Shown here: piece by piece, positions 19,504-28,688 of the stretch
Layout: each line of letters starts with the position of its first letter
Numbering within the stretch: the stretch's first letter is position 1
Assembly (NCBI GenBank): GCA_029261055.1
Contig: JAJDCA010000018.1
Coordinates: 18,197-82,196 of the forward strand
Direction: 5' to 3'
DNA: 64,000 nucleotides
Source: Candidatus Omnitrophota bacterium
GTDB lineage: Bacteria > Omnitrophota > Gorgyraeia > Zapsychrales > Zapsychraceae
Notes under the pieces: generated by a model
The model's input: the letters and a program-made list of their open reading frames with translations, nothing else
What the model was told of the DNA's origin: nothing
The model's database searches: none
Translations under genes and position numbers: made by a program

Positions 19504-22026
19504 TTATTTAGATTGAATATTTTCAAGGTAAGTCTCATCCATAACAAAACCTAAGGCCTTTGCCGTACGGGCATCTTCTAAAGCCTTTTGCCGATCCCCT
19601 TTGGCTAAATAAATACGCGACCGCACATAATACCCCGCCCCAAAAGTAGGGTTAGCCTGTAAAAACACATCCACATCCTCAATCGCACGTTGATACTGCT
19701 TCAACTTCTCATACACGGTGGCTCTATTAAAAAGATAACTGTAATTCTGAGCATCAAATAACATAGCCTTTTGAAAATCTGCCAGGGCCAAATTCCATTG
19801 CTTTTTTACCTTGTAAACAGCCCCGCGGTTATTGTAAATTTCATGCAATTGCGGATTAATTTCCAACGCCTTCGTAAAATCAGCAATAGCCAAATCATAT
19901 TTTCCCTGCTCCTTGTAAACCACCCCACGATTACTGTAAGCTTCCACAAGATTAGGATTAACTTCTAAAGCTTTGCCATAATCTACAAGCGCACGATCAT
20001 ATTGCTTTTGCCGTTTGTACACAATACCCCGATTATTGTACGCCGTCGCATATTCAGGATTAATACGCAAAGCATGATTGTAATCGGCCAGAGCCAAATC
20101 CCATTGCCCTTTCATCTCATACACAATCCCCCGATTGTAATACCCATCCGCCATCTCCGCATTCAATGCCAAGGCCCTGCTGTAATCTGCCAAAGCTTCA
20201 TCCAGCTGCCCTTTAAGTTTATTAATCACCCCACGGTTACCATAAGCCTCAGCAAGATTTGGATTAATTTCAATCGCCTTATCATAATCAGCCAGAGCCT
20301 TATCATACTGCCCATTCATTTTATAAATAATGCCGCGATTGCTGTACACTTTGGCATATTTAGGATCAATATCCACGGCCTTATTCATATCCTTTAAAGC
20401 CAAATCATACCGACCTGTCTTTTCATAAATCACACCGCGATTGTAGTATGCCTCCTTGTAATTCGGATTAATCGATAGAGCCTTTTCATAATCGGCCAGG
20501 GCCAAATCCCATTGCCCGGCCTTCTCATAAATCACGCCACGATTGCTGTACACATCCTCTAAATAAGGATCGAGCTGCGTCGCCTTTTCATAATCCACCA
20601 AGGCCAAGTCATACAATCCCTTAGCCTCATACGCCACCCCTCGAGCACTGTACCCTTCGGCATAATCCGTATCAATATCCAATACCTTTTCAAAATGCTG
20701 CAAAGCCGTATCATACTGTTCATGCTTTAAATAGGCCGCCCCCAAATTTAAATGCGGACGCAATTTATGCGGTGATTTCTTAACGACATCCTCCCACAAT
20801 GTCACCTCATTCAGCCAAACCTTATTACGTTGATATGTCAAAAAAGATAAAACACAGACGATCAGACTTAAAGCCGCCACACATTTTCTAAAATTTTTAA
20901 AAAGACTAAAAAACCATGCCACTAAAAAAAGCGCCCCGCCCGCCATAGACAAATACAGTTTATGTTCAAATATCACATGCTGGCGCGGCACAAAATTCGG
21001 TGACAAAGTCAACAAAAACCAAAATATCCCAAACGAAATCCAAATATTACGCTGCTTAAATTTGAAAGCAGCCCCGATGACACCTAAGAGGACAATAAAA
21101 CTTACAAATACCGGCACCTCAAAGAAATTGTGCGACAGTGGAAAGTCATAATCCAGATTCTGTCCAATCGGGAAAAAAGACAATTTCAAAAATGTCGCCA
21201 TAACGCGAAACTGCGTAATAATGTATTTGCCAAATGTAATCACATCCCCTTGATGCGATAGCGAAGTTTTTTCCCCCAATAACATTCCTGAAATATCAAA
21301 CGAAAATATGGCAGGAACAATAAGAAAAAACAATAAAATCGGAATCACATACAGCTTTTTTGTCTTTAAAAAAAAATGCTCAATCAAAAGAATCATCAAC
21401 GGCAAGGTGATCACAATTTCTTTCGTGAACATGCCTAGGACAGCAGCAACTGCGGCTCCAAAAAAATGTACAAACGTAATTAATCGCGTCCCACCATAGC
21501 GGCCCTTTACGTAAAAGCACAACGAAAGCAAATAAAACAACGTCGCCAAAGACGCCATCCTCTGCGTAATGTACGTCACGGCTTGCGTCTGCACCGGATG
21601 CACCACAAAAATCAATGCGGCGAACAACGCGACGGTCGAACCGTAACCGTCTCCGAACCTCGGGGGTTCGGATTTCCGAACCCCCGAGGTTCGGAGACGG
21701 TTAAGCATCCTAACCAACCACCACACTAAACACGCCGTGATCAAATGAATCAAAAGATTCACGACATGATACCCCACCACATTCAACTCATGAAAATGAT
21801 GATTTAACGCAAAAGAATAAAACCCCACAAACCGCGACGGCTGACTCAGCATATCCCAAATAGGACCAATGCCTGCAATATTCTTTATGGCTGAATTCTG
21901 AACAATAAAAAGCTTATCATCAAACTGAAAAGGAACCTGAAATGTGTTGGAATAGACAACGATGCCTAAAAGGCATATCGCTAACAACGGAAGCACAATT
22001 TTTTTAAAATTTTTCTTTAATACCAT
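19504..22026 (-). CDS. Paralog 5: PMT/TMTC-like membrane domain + TPR repeats
   Basis: PFQFDD, SQPSRFVGFYSFALNHHFH; about 14 TPR units. Confidence 0.6.
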   Translation of the reverse strand: MVLKKNFKKIVLPLLAICLLGIVVYSNTFQVPFQFDDKLFIVQNSAIKNIAGIGPIWDMLSQPSRFVGFYSFALNHHFHELNVVGYHVVNLLIHLITACLVWWLVRMLNRLRTSGVRKSEPPRFGDGYGSTVALFAALIFVVHPVQTQAVTYITQRMASLATLFYLLSLCFYVKGRYGGTRLITFVHFFGAAVAAVLGMFTKEIVITLPLMILLIEHFFLKTKKLYVIPILLFFLIVPAIFSFDISGMLLGEKTSLSHQGDVITFGKYIITQFRVMATFLKLSFFPIGQNLDYDFPLSHNFFEVPVFVSFIVLLGVIGAAFKFKQRNIWISFGIFWFLLTLSPNFVPRQHVIFEHKLYLSMAGGALFLVAWFFSLFKNFRKCVAALSLIVCVLSFLTYQRNKVWLNEVTLWEDVVKKSPHKLRPHLNLGAAYLKHEQYDTALQHFEKVLDIDTDYAEGYSARGVAYEAKGLYDLALVDYEKATQLDPYLEDVYSNRGVIYEKAGQWDLALADYEKALSINPNYKEAYYNRGVIYEKTGRYDLALKDMNKAVDIDPKYAKVYSNRGIIYKMNGQYDKALADYDKAIEINPNLAEAYGNRGVINKLKGQLDEALADYSRALALNAEMADGYYNRGIVYEMKGQWDLALADYNHALRINPEYATAYNNRGIVYKRQKQYDRALVDYGKALEVNPNLVEAYSNRGVVYKEQGKYDLAIADFTKALEINPQLHEIYNNRGAVYKVKKQWNLALADFQKAMLFDAQNYSYLFNRATVYEKLKQYQRAIEDVDVFLQANPTFGAGYYVRSRIYLAKGDRQKALEDARTAKALGFVMDETYLENIQSK
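21647..21700. repeat. In-frame hairpin cassette, site 1 of paralog 5 (26-bp perfect stem, tt loop)
   Basis: ccgtctccgaacctcgggggttcgga tt tccgaacccccgaggttcggagacgg. Confidence 0.85.
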
Positions 22027-23989
22027 TTAAATACCCATCTTTAACCGGATAATCTAAAGACTTTGCCTTTTGCGCGTCACGATAGGCCCTGCGAAAATTC
22101 CCCTGCGATTTATAAAACAAAGACCGGTTAAAATACACCTCTTTTAAACTCGGGTCAATAGATAAGGCCTTGTCATAATCAGCCAACGCTTGGGCATATT
22201 GTTTTTTCTGGCTGTAAGCAATGCCTCTATTTCCATACACCTCAGCATACTGAGGATCAATATTTAAGGCCTCCCTGTAATCAGACAGAGCTGCATCATA
22301 TTGCCCTTTCTTTTCATAAAAAATACCTCTGTTATTGTAAGCCTCTTTAAGGTTCACATTGACTTTACGATAATCTTCAAATGCCAGATCATACCGCCCC
22401 TGCCGGTCATAAATACCAGCGCGGCTTACGTAAGCCTTGGTGTAATTCGATTTAATCTTTAATGTTTTATTAAATTCCTCCAGGGCTAAATCATATTGCC
22501 CTCTTCTCTCATACACAAGCCCCCGCCCGTAATAGGCCTTGAAATAATATTCAGGCAGCCTTTCCCGTTTTAAATCTTCATTCATATTATGCCGTAAAAA
22601 ATAGGCACAACGGTCTAAGACTTTATTCAAATGTTTCTCAGCGGCATCATATTTGCCTTCTCTTAAATACCCAATACCCAAATTCAAATGCCCACGTAAC
22701 TTATCCGGAGACTTTTTGACCACATCCCCCCAAAGCGTTACCCCGTTTTTCCACACCTGATTCCGCTTGTACGCCAGAAAAGAAAACAACACAACAATAA
22801 TACTCAAAGCGGCCATACATTTTCTTTTATCTTTAAATACACTGAACATCCCCATACATAAAGCCAGCGAAAGCCCCACAAGGGGCAAATAAAGTTTATG
22901 TTCAAAAATCACATGTCTTCGGGGAACAAAATTAGGCGTTAATGTCAGCAAAAACCATAATAAGCCAAAAGCGATTAACCTATGCCGGCGCTTGAGTTTT
23001 AAAGCCAACAAAAATACACTCAACAAAGCCATAAAACTCAACAATACTGGCCATTCAAAAAGATGATGCGATAAGGGAAAATCATAATCAAAGTTCTGCC
23101 CCAACGGCACAAAAAATAATCTAAAAAATGTGGCCAACACCCGAAACTGCGTCAAAATATACGGACCAAAAGTGATCATCTCAATATCATGCGAAGCCGA
23201 AGACCTTACCCCTGATAATATTCCCAAAAACCGAAATGAAAACACAGCGGGAATAATCAAAAAAAACAAACCTACCGGTGCAACAATAAATTTCCGAAAC
23301 CTCTTCTGCCCCTCAAAAAAGAAAACCTCCACCAAAAGAATCATCAACGGCAGAGTAATCACAATCTCCTTGCAAAACATACCAAGGACAGATGCAATGG
23401 CAGCCCCAATAAAACACAACACCGTCCCTTGCCTTCCCAGCCTTCCCTTAATGTAAAAGCACAACGAAAGCAAATAAAACAACGTTGCGAGCGACGCAAA
23501 CCTCTGCGTAATGTACGTCACCGCCTGCGTCTGCACCGGATGCGCCACAAAAATCAACGCGGCGAACAGCGCGACGATCGAACCGTAAACGAACCTCGGG
23601 GGTTCGGATTTCCGAACCCCCGAGGTTCGGAGACGGTTAAGCATCCTAACCAACCACCACACCAATACAGCCGTGACCAAATGAATCACAAAATTCGTCA
23701 GATGATACCCAAACACATCCATCCCATGAACATGATGATTCAACGCGAACGAATAAAACACCACAAACCGCGATGGCTGACTCAACATATCCCACATCGC
23801 CCGCAAATTCGTAATATCCCTTATCGCAGGATTACTTGTAATAAAAAACTCATCATCAAATTGAAAAAAATGCTGGAAGGTGTCTGAATAGACAAAAAAA
23901 CCTAAAAGGCAGATCAATAATACAGAAAAAATCTTGCCAACACTGCTTCGCCAGGAACAGATCGGTACCATAATGTCGAAGTATACCAT
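22004..23989 (-). CDS. Paralog 6: PMT/TMTC-like membrane domain + shorter TPR array
   Basis: FFQFDD, SQPSRFVVFYSFALNHHVH; 661 aa. Confidence 0.6.
   Translation of the reverse strand: MVYFDIMVPICSWRSSVGKIFSVLLICLLGFFVYSDTFQHFFQFDDEFFITSNPAIRDITNLRAMWDMLSQPSRFVVFYSFALNHHVHGMDVFGYHLTNFVIHLVTAVLVWWLVRMLNRLRTSGVRKSEPPRFVYGSIVALFAALIFVAHPVQTQAVTYITQRFASLATLFYLLSLCFYIKGRLGRQGTVLCFIGAAIASVLGMFCKEIVITLPLMILLVEVFFFEGQKRFRKFIVAPVGLFFLIIPAVFSFRFLGILSGVRSSASHDIEMITFGPYILTQFRVLATFFRLFFVPLGQNFDYDFPLSHHLFEWPVLLSFMALLSVFLLALKLKRRHRLIAFGLLWFLLTLTPNFVPRRHVIFEHKLYLPLVGLSLALCMGMFSVFKDKRKCMAALSIIVVLFSFLAYKRNQVWKNGVTLWGDVVKKSPDKLRGHLNLGIGYLREGKYDAAEKHLNKVLDRCAYFLRHNMNEDLKRERLPEYYFKAYYGRGLVYERRGQYDLALEEFNKTLKIKSNYTKAYVSRAGIYDRQGRYDLAFEDYRKVNVNLKEAYNNRGIFYEKKGQYDAALSDYREALNIDPQYAEVYGNRGIAYSQKKQYAQALADYDKALSIDPSLKEVYFNRSLFYKSQGNFRRAYRDAQKAKSLDYPVKDGYLNGIKEKF
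23590..23629. repeat. In-frame hairpin cassette, site 1 of paralog 6
   Basis: cgaacctcgggggttcgga tt tccgaacccccgaggttcg. Confidence 0.8.
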
Positions 23990-24105
23990 GCAGCTAAAAC
24001 ATAAAATAGAAAAATTTCAGAAGCTGTTAGGATAGAACAAACTCGTGTTTAGCATCGGGGAATTTCATGCTACAGCCCTCTTCCTTCAATAGCATCTCTC
24101 CGCTC

Positions 24106-26655
24106 TCAATGATAATCTGCTTCCACCGGGTACCCCAGAGACTTAGCTTTTTGAAGATCGGCGAGGGCTTGTTTTTTGTGGCCTAAGATAGAATGAGTTA
24201 GGGAACGTTGGTAATAAATCTTTGAAAAATTTGGGTTAATCGATAAAGCTTTATTGTAATCCGCCAAGGCCAATCGATACTGTTTGCGTCGCATGTACAC
24301 GACGCCCCGGTTACTGTAGGTGCCGGTGTAATAGGGGTTAATTTTGAGCGCCCGATTAAAATCGACAAGCGCTAAATCTTCTTCCCCTTTAATGCCATAC
24401 ACAATGCCGCGATTATTGTACGCTTCGGCGTAATTAGGATGCACCGCAATGGCTTTAGTGTAATGGGTGATGGCCACATCATATTGTTCGACTTGCCTAA
24501 ATACATTGCCGATATTGTAATACGCCTCCGCAAAGTTTGGACTAATGGACAATGCCATTTGAAAATCATTTAAGGCTAACTGAAACTGACCTAATTTCTT
24601 GTACACAAGTCCGCGATTGCTGTAGGCCTTTACGTACCGTGGATTAAGCGCCAGGGCTTTGTTGTAATCCGCTAAAGCCAATTCATGACTCCCCTGCATT
24701 TCGTACAGGATGCCGCGGTTATTGTAAAGCCCGGCCTCCTTGGGAGCGATCGACAATCCTTTATTGTAATCAATCAAGGCTAAATCATATTTACGCTGTG
24801 TCCTGTAAATATTGCCCCGATTATTGTACAGCTGTATTTTGTGAGGATTAATTTCCAGGGCCTTATTAAAATCAGCCAGGGCTAAATCATATTTACGCTG
24901 TTTGTCATAAATCACACCGCGATTACCTAAAGCCGCCACAAATCCAGGATTAATTTCCAGGGCCTTATTGTAATCTGCAATCGCTAAATCCGGCATCCCC
25001 TTGGCGTCATAACACAGCGCGCGGGAATTGTACGCTTCCAGATAAGTCGAATTCATACGTAAGGCCTTGCTTAAATCTTTAATCGCCAAATCATATTGCC
25101 CTTTAACCTTGTACACTAGCCCGCGATTAATGTAACCTTCAATGTAATTCTTATTGTACTTAACGGCATTGTTGTAACTTTGAAACGCCAAATCATACAT
25201 CTCCGCCTGATAATAGGCATTACCCATATTATTGTGCGACCGCGGCTTTCGGGGAGATTTACTAATAATGTCTCTCCACAATTTTACGGGTGTTTCCCAA
25301 ATTTTATTGCGTTGGACCGTTAAGTACGACAAAGTAAGGAAAATAATACTCATAACCGTTAAGAATTTCTTAAAGTTTTTCATGAGGTGATGCAGACCAA
25401 CGGACACCGCCAGAGAAAAACCCACCATTGGAAGATACATTTTATGTTCAAAAATAATATGCCGCCGTGGTACAAAATTTGGCGACAGTGTGAGAAAAAA
25501 CCAAAATATTCCGAAAGCACTTAATCCATACAGTATCTTTTTTTCTCTTTGTGTTGCGATCTGCGCACGCGTTAAATGATATCCACTTTTCGGTTTACCT
25601 GATCGTGAAAAAAGGTTACCCACTACCGCCAGCTTGACAGCACCTAAGAAAATCGCCAACAATAGGCTAAAACTAAAAAACACCGCTGGCTCAAAAAAGC
25701 TCTTTGACAAAGCGTAATCGTAGTCGACATTTTGGCCAATGGGTAAAATACACAATTTCAAAAATGTCATCATCACCCTAAACTGCGTAATAAAATAATT
25801 TCCAAACGTAATCACATCACCGGCATGGGAAGCCGAATATTTTATGCCAAACAGTTGGCCCATAAAATTAAATGAAAATATGAACGGAATAATCGCCATA
25901 AAAATGACAATGGGACTAAAATACAACAACTTCATCATGCCACGTGCCGTCTTTTTATTTTTCTTAGGCTTTTGAAGAAAAGCCCATTCCACAAGGATAA
26001 TCGTCAATGGCAGCGTAATCACAATTTCCTTGGTAAACATGCCGAGAACAGCGGCAATGGCTGCACCGACAAAATACAATACTGACCACGGATCACTGAC
26101 CACTGACCACTTATTACGCCCCTTAATGTAAAGACACAGGGACAACAAATAAAACAAGGTCGCCAAAGACGCCATCCGCTGCGTAATGTACGTCACCGCC
26201 TGCGTCTGCGCCGGGTGACACACAAAAATTAACGCCGCACACAGCGCAACGATCGAACCGTGTACAAACCCCCGAGGTTTGTATGCGGTTTTGTACCGCA
26301 TACAAACCTCGGGGGTTTGTACACGGTTAAGACTCTCCACTAACATCCCCACCAACCACCACACCAACACGGCATTCATCAAATGAATCACCATATTCGT
26401 GACATGATATCCAAAAGTATCCAACTGATGGAAATGGTAATTGACAGCAAAAGAAAAGAATCCAATAAACCGTGATGGCTGACTCAACATATCCCACATC
26501 GGCTTAATATCCATCACATCTTTAATGGTAGGATTATTGATAATAAAAATAAAATCATCAAACTGAAAGGAATGATGGAAGGTCTGCGAATACACCGTAA
26601 GGCCTACGAGGCAAATGAGCAATACGGGCAAGAATCGTGATAATTTTTTAATCAT
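24106..26655 (-). CDS. Paralog 7: PMT/TMTC-like membrane domain + TPR repeats
   Basis: SFQFDD, SQPSRFIGFFSFAVNYHFH; TPR array. Confidence 0.6.
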   Translation of the reverse strand: MIKKLSRFLPVLLICLVGLTVYSQTFHHSFQFDDFIFIINNPTIKDVMDIKPMWDMLSQPSRFIGFFSFAVNYHFHQLDTFGYHVTNMVIHLMNAVLVWWLVGMLVESLNRVQTPEVCMRYKTAYKPRGFVHGSIVALCAALIFVCHPAQTQAVTYITQRMASLATLFYLLSLCLYIKGRNKWSVVSDPWSVLYFVGAAIAAVLGMFTKEIVITLPLTIILVEWAFLQKPKKNKKTARGMMKLLYFSPIVIFMAIIPFIFSFNFMGQLFGIKYSASHAGDVITFGNYFITQFRVMMTFLKLCILPIGQNVDYDYALSKSFFEPAVFFSFSLLLAIFLGAVKLAVVGNLFSRSGKPKSGYHLTRAQIATQREKKILYGLSAFGIFWFFLTLSPNFVPRRHIIFEHKMYLPMVGFSLAVSVGLHHLMKNFKKFLTVMSIIFLTLSYLTVQRNKIWETPVKLWRDIISKSPRKPRSHNNMGNAYYQAEMYDLAFQSYNNAVKYNKNYIEGYINRGLVYKVKGQYDLAIKDLSKALRMNSTYLEAYNSRALCYDAKGMPDLAIADYNKALEINPGFVAALGNRGVIYDKQRKYDLALADFNKALEINPHKIQLYNNRGNIYRTQRKYDLALIDYNKGLSIAPKEAGLYNNRGILYEMQGSHELALADYNKALALNPRYVKAYSNRGLVYKKLGQFQLALNDFQMALSISPNFAEAYYNIGNVFRQVEQYDVAITHYTKAIAVHPNYAEAYNNRGIVYGIKGEEDLALVDFNRALKINPYYTGTYSNRGVVYMRRKQYRLALADYNKALSINPNFSKIYYQRSLTHSILGHKKQALADLQKAKSLGYPVEADYH
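26082..26110. repeat. Direct repeat cactgacca x3, site 0 of paralog 7
   Basis: actgaccacggatcactgaccactgaccac; encodes WSVVSDPWSV. Confidence 0.55.
26258..26326. repeat. In-frame hairpin cassette, site 1 of paralog 7 (32-bp perfect stem)
   Basis: ccgtgtacaaacccccgaggtttgtatgcggt tttgt accgcatacaaacctcgggggtttgtacacgg. Confidence 0.85.
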
Positions 26656-26690
26656 GCTTTATACCAATTCCAATAAATAATTACCAAAAA

Positions 26691-26766
26691 TTACTCTCGG
26701 TTTTCTCGAACGCTTTTACGAAAGAGACAACTCTGGTAGGATTGTCTCCTAGAATGCCGAGAGTAA
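26691..26766. promoter_or_regulatory. Compound hairpin in the 121-bp spacer between paralogs 8 and 7
   Basis: Outer arms ttactctcgg / ccgagagtaa flank an inner hairpin gagacaactctggtaggattgtctc. Confidence 0.35.
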
Positions 26767-26776
26767 ATCAGAAAAA

Positions 26777-28585
26777 TTATTTGTTGGATTTGGTTTCACT
26801 AAATATACCATTATTTAATGGCTTTGGTATTAACTGCTTGAGCACAAGCTTCCGATTGTAATGGGCCGCTGAAAATTGTGGATCAATTTGAATCGCTTTA
26901 TCAAAATCCTGCAAAGCCTTTTCCGCCTGATTCTGCATAAAAAATACAACCCCTCGACTGACATATGCCTCGGTTAAATAAACATCTAATTCCAAAGCCT
27001 TATTTAAATCGAACAATGCTTTGCCGAGCTGCCCTTGATCTTTGTAAACAATACCCCGATTGGCATACCCTTGAGCATAACTGGGATTAAGTTTAAGACC
27101 ATTGGAGTAATACATCAATGCCTTATCATAGTCTTTTTTACGTGCATACACCTGCCCCAGACTTGTATGCGCTTTAAAATATTTTGGGTTCAATTTTAAG
27201 GATTGCGTAAAATACTCAATAGCGACATCGTCTTCTCCTTTAAGCATGTACGCATATCCCAAATTATGATGCGCTCTTGATTTGTGCGGTGACTTTTGGA
27301 TTACATCCGTCCACAAAGTAATATCGTCCTTCCAAACTTTATTACGTTGAATTGTTAAATAAGAAAATAAACCAAGAATAATCAACATCGTTACGATAAA
27401 TTGCTTTCGATTCTTGATTAAATGATGCAAACCTACACTTACGACAATAGCAAACCCGACCATCGCCAAATAAAGTTTATGTTCATAAATAATATGCCGC
27501 CGGGGAATTAAGTTTGGCGCGAGTGTCAGAAAAAACCAAAATAGGCCAAACGCCACAAGCGAATACCGCCGCCGTATCTTTACCGCCACACCCAATAGGA
27601 CTGCAAGCAGCGCAAAACTTAATAATGTCGCCCGTTCAAACAAACTCTGAGACAAAGCAAAATCATAATCAAAATTCTGTCCAATGGGAAATACGGCTAA
27701 TTTCAAAAACGTTACAAATACACGTGCTTGAGTGAAAAAATATTTCCCAAATGTAATCACCTCCCCTTCGTGCGAGGCCGATATTTTGGGCGCAAATAAT
27801 AAACCTGAAAAATTGAATGAAAACAGGGCGGGGATGATCAAACAGAACAGTAATAAAACCGTAAACGAACCTCGTAGGTTCGGATTTCCGAACCTACGAG
27901 GTTCGTTTACGGTTAACTCCACCAAAATAATAGCTAAAGGCAACGTGATCACAATTTCTTTCGTGAACATGCCGAGGACGGCAGCCAACGCAGCTCCAAA
28001 GAAATGTACAGACGCGATTAATCGCGTCTCTACTCCTCGCCCCTTAATGTAAAGACACACCGAAAGCAAATAAAACAACGTCGCCAACGACGCCATCCGC
28101 TGCGCAATGTACGTCACCGCCTGCGTCTGCACCGGGTGACACACAAAAATCAACGCAGCACACAAAGCGACCGTCGAACCATGTACAAACCCCCGAGGTT
28201 TGTATGCGGTTTTGTACCGCATACAAACCTCGGGGGTTTGTACACGGTTAAGACTCCTCACAATCATCCCCACCAACCACCACACGAGCAAGGCATTCAT
28301 CAAATGGATCACCAAATTCGTGACATGATACCCCAACACATCCAACTGATGAAAATGATAATTCACGGCAAACGAAAGGAATCCCACAAACCGTGACGGC
28401 TGGCTCAACATATCCCACATCAACCCCACACGCGACACATCCTTAATCGCTGGGTTATTCACAATAAATGCGTAATCATCAAAATGGAAAGAATGCTGGA
28501 AGGTTTGAGAATAGACAACAATGCCTAAGAGGAAAATACATAAAATAGAAAAAAATTTACTGACCTTAATAGAAAAGAATCTCAT
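26777..28585 (-). CDS. Paralog 8: PMT/TMTC-like membrane domain + short TPR array
   Basis: SFHFDD, SQPSRFVGFLSFAVNYHFH; 602 aa. Confidence 0.6.
   Translation of the reverse strand: MRFFSIKVSKFFSILCIFLLGIVVYSQTFQHSFHFDDYAFIVNNPAIKDVSRVGLMWDMLSQPSRFVGFLSFAVNYHFHQLDVLGYHVTNLVIHLMNALLVWWLVGMIVRSLNRVQTPEVCMRYKTAYKPRGFVHGSTVALCAALIFVCHPVQTQAVTYIAQRMASLATLFYLLSVCLYIKGRGVETRLIASVHFFGAALAAVLGMFTKEIVITLPLAIILVELTVNEPRRFGNPNLRGSFTVLLLFCLIIPALFSFNFSGLLFAPKISASHEGEVITFGKYFFTQARVFVTFLKLAVFPIGQNFDYDFALSQSLFERATLLSFALLAVLLGVAVKIRRRYSLVAFGLFWFFLTLAPNLIPRRHIIYEHKLYLAMVGFAIVVSVGLHHLIKNRKQFIVTMLIILGLFSYLTIQRNKVWKDDITLWTDVIQKSPHKSRAHHNLGYAYMLKGEDDVAIEYFTQSLKLNPKYFKAHTSLGQVYARKKDYDKALMYYSNGLKLNPSYAQGYANRGIVYKDQGQLGKALFDLNKALELDVYLTEAYVSRGVVFFMQNQAEKALQDFDKAIQIDPQFSAAHYNRKLVLKQLIPKPLNNGIFSETKSNK
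27857..27914. repeat. In-frame hairpin cassette, site 2 of paralog 8 (28-bp perfect stem)
   Basis: aaccgtaaacgaacctcgtaggttcgga tt tccgaacctacgaggttcgtttacggtt; encodes NEPRRFGNPNLRGSF. Confidence 0.85.
28010..28029. repeat. 20-bp perfect ATTAAT palindrome, site 0 of paralog 8
   Basis: agacgcgattaatcgcgtct; encodes ETRLIASV. Confidence 0.75.
28183..28243. repeat. In-frame hairpin cassette, site 1 of paralog 8 (same type as paralog 7)
   Basis: gtacaaacccccgaggtttgtatgcggt tttgt accgcatacaaacctcgggggtttgtac. Confidence 0.85.
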
Positions 28586-28688
28586 TGTTTAAAGTTTAGA
28601 GATTCTGCTTATGATGTCAAGAAGAAATACGGCCAGAACTCCCCGAAAGCCCTAAAATAAACGGCAGTTGCGTGATAGGCAAATAGAA

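Noticed and set aside
26777-28585. The shorter paralogs 8 (602 aa) and 6 (661 aa) as pseudogenes
   Set aside because: Both are uninterrupted ORFs with the complete N-terminal domain and several TPRs. They have fewer repeat units but are not truncated by stops or frameshifts.
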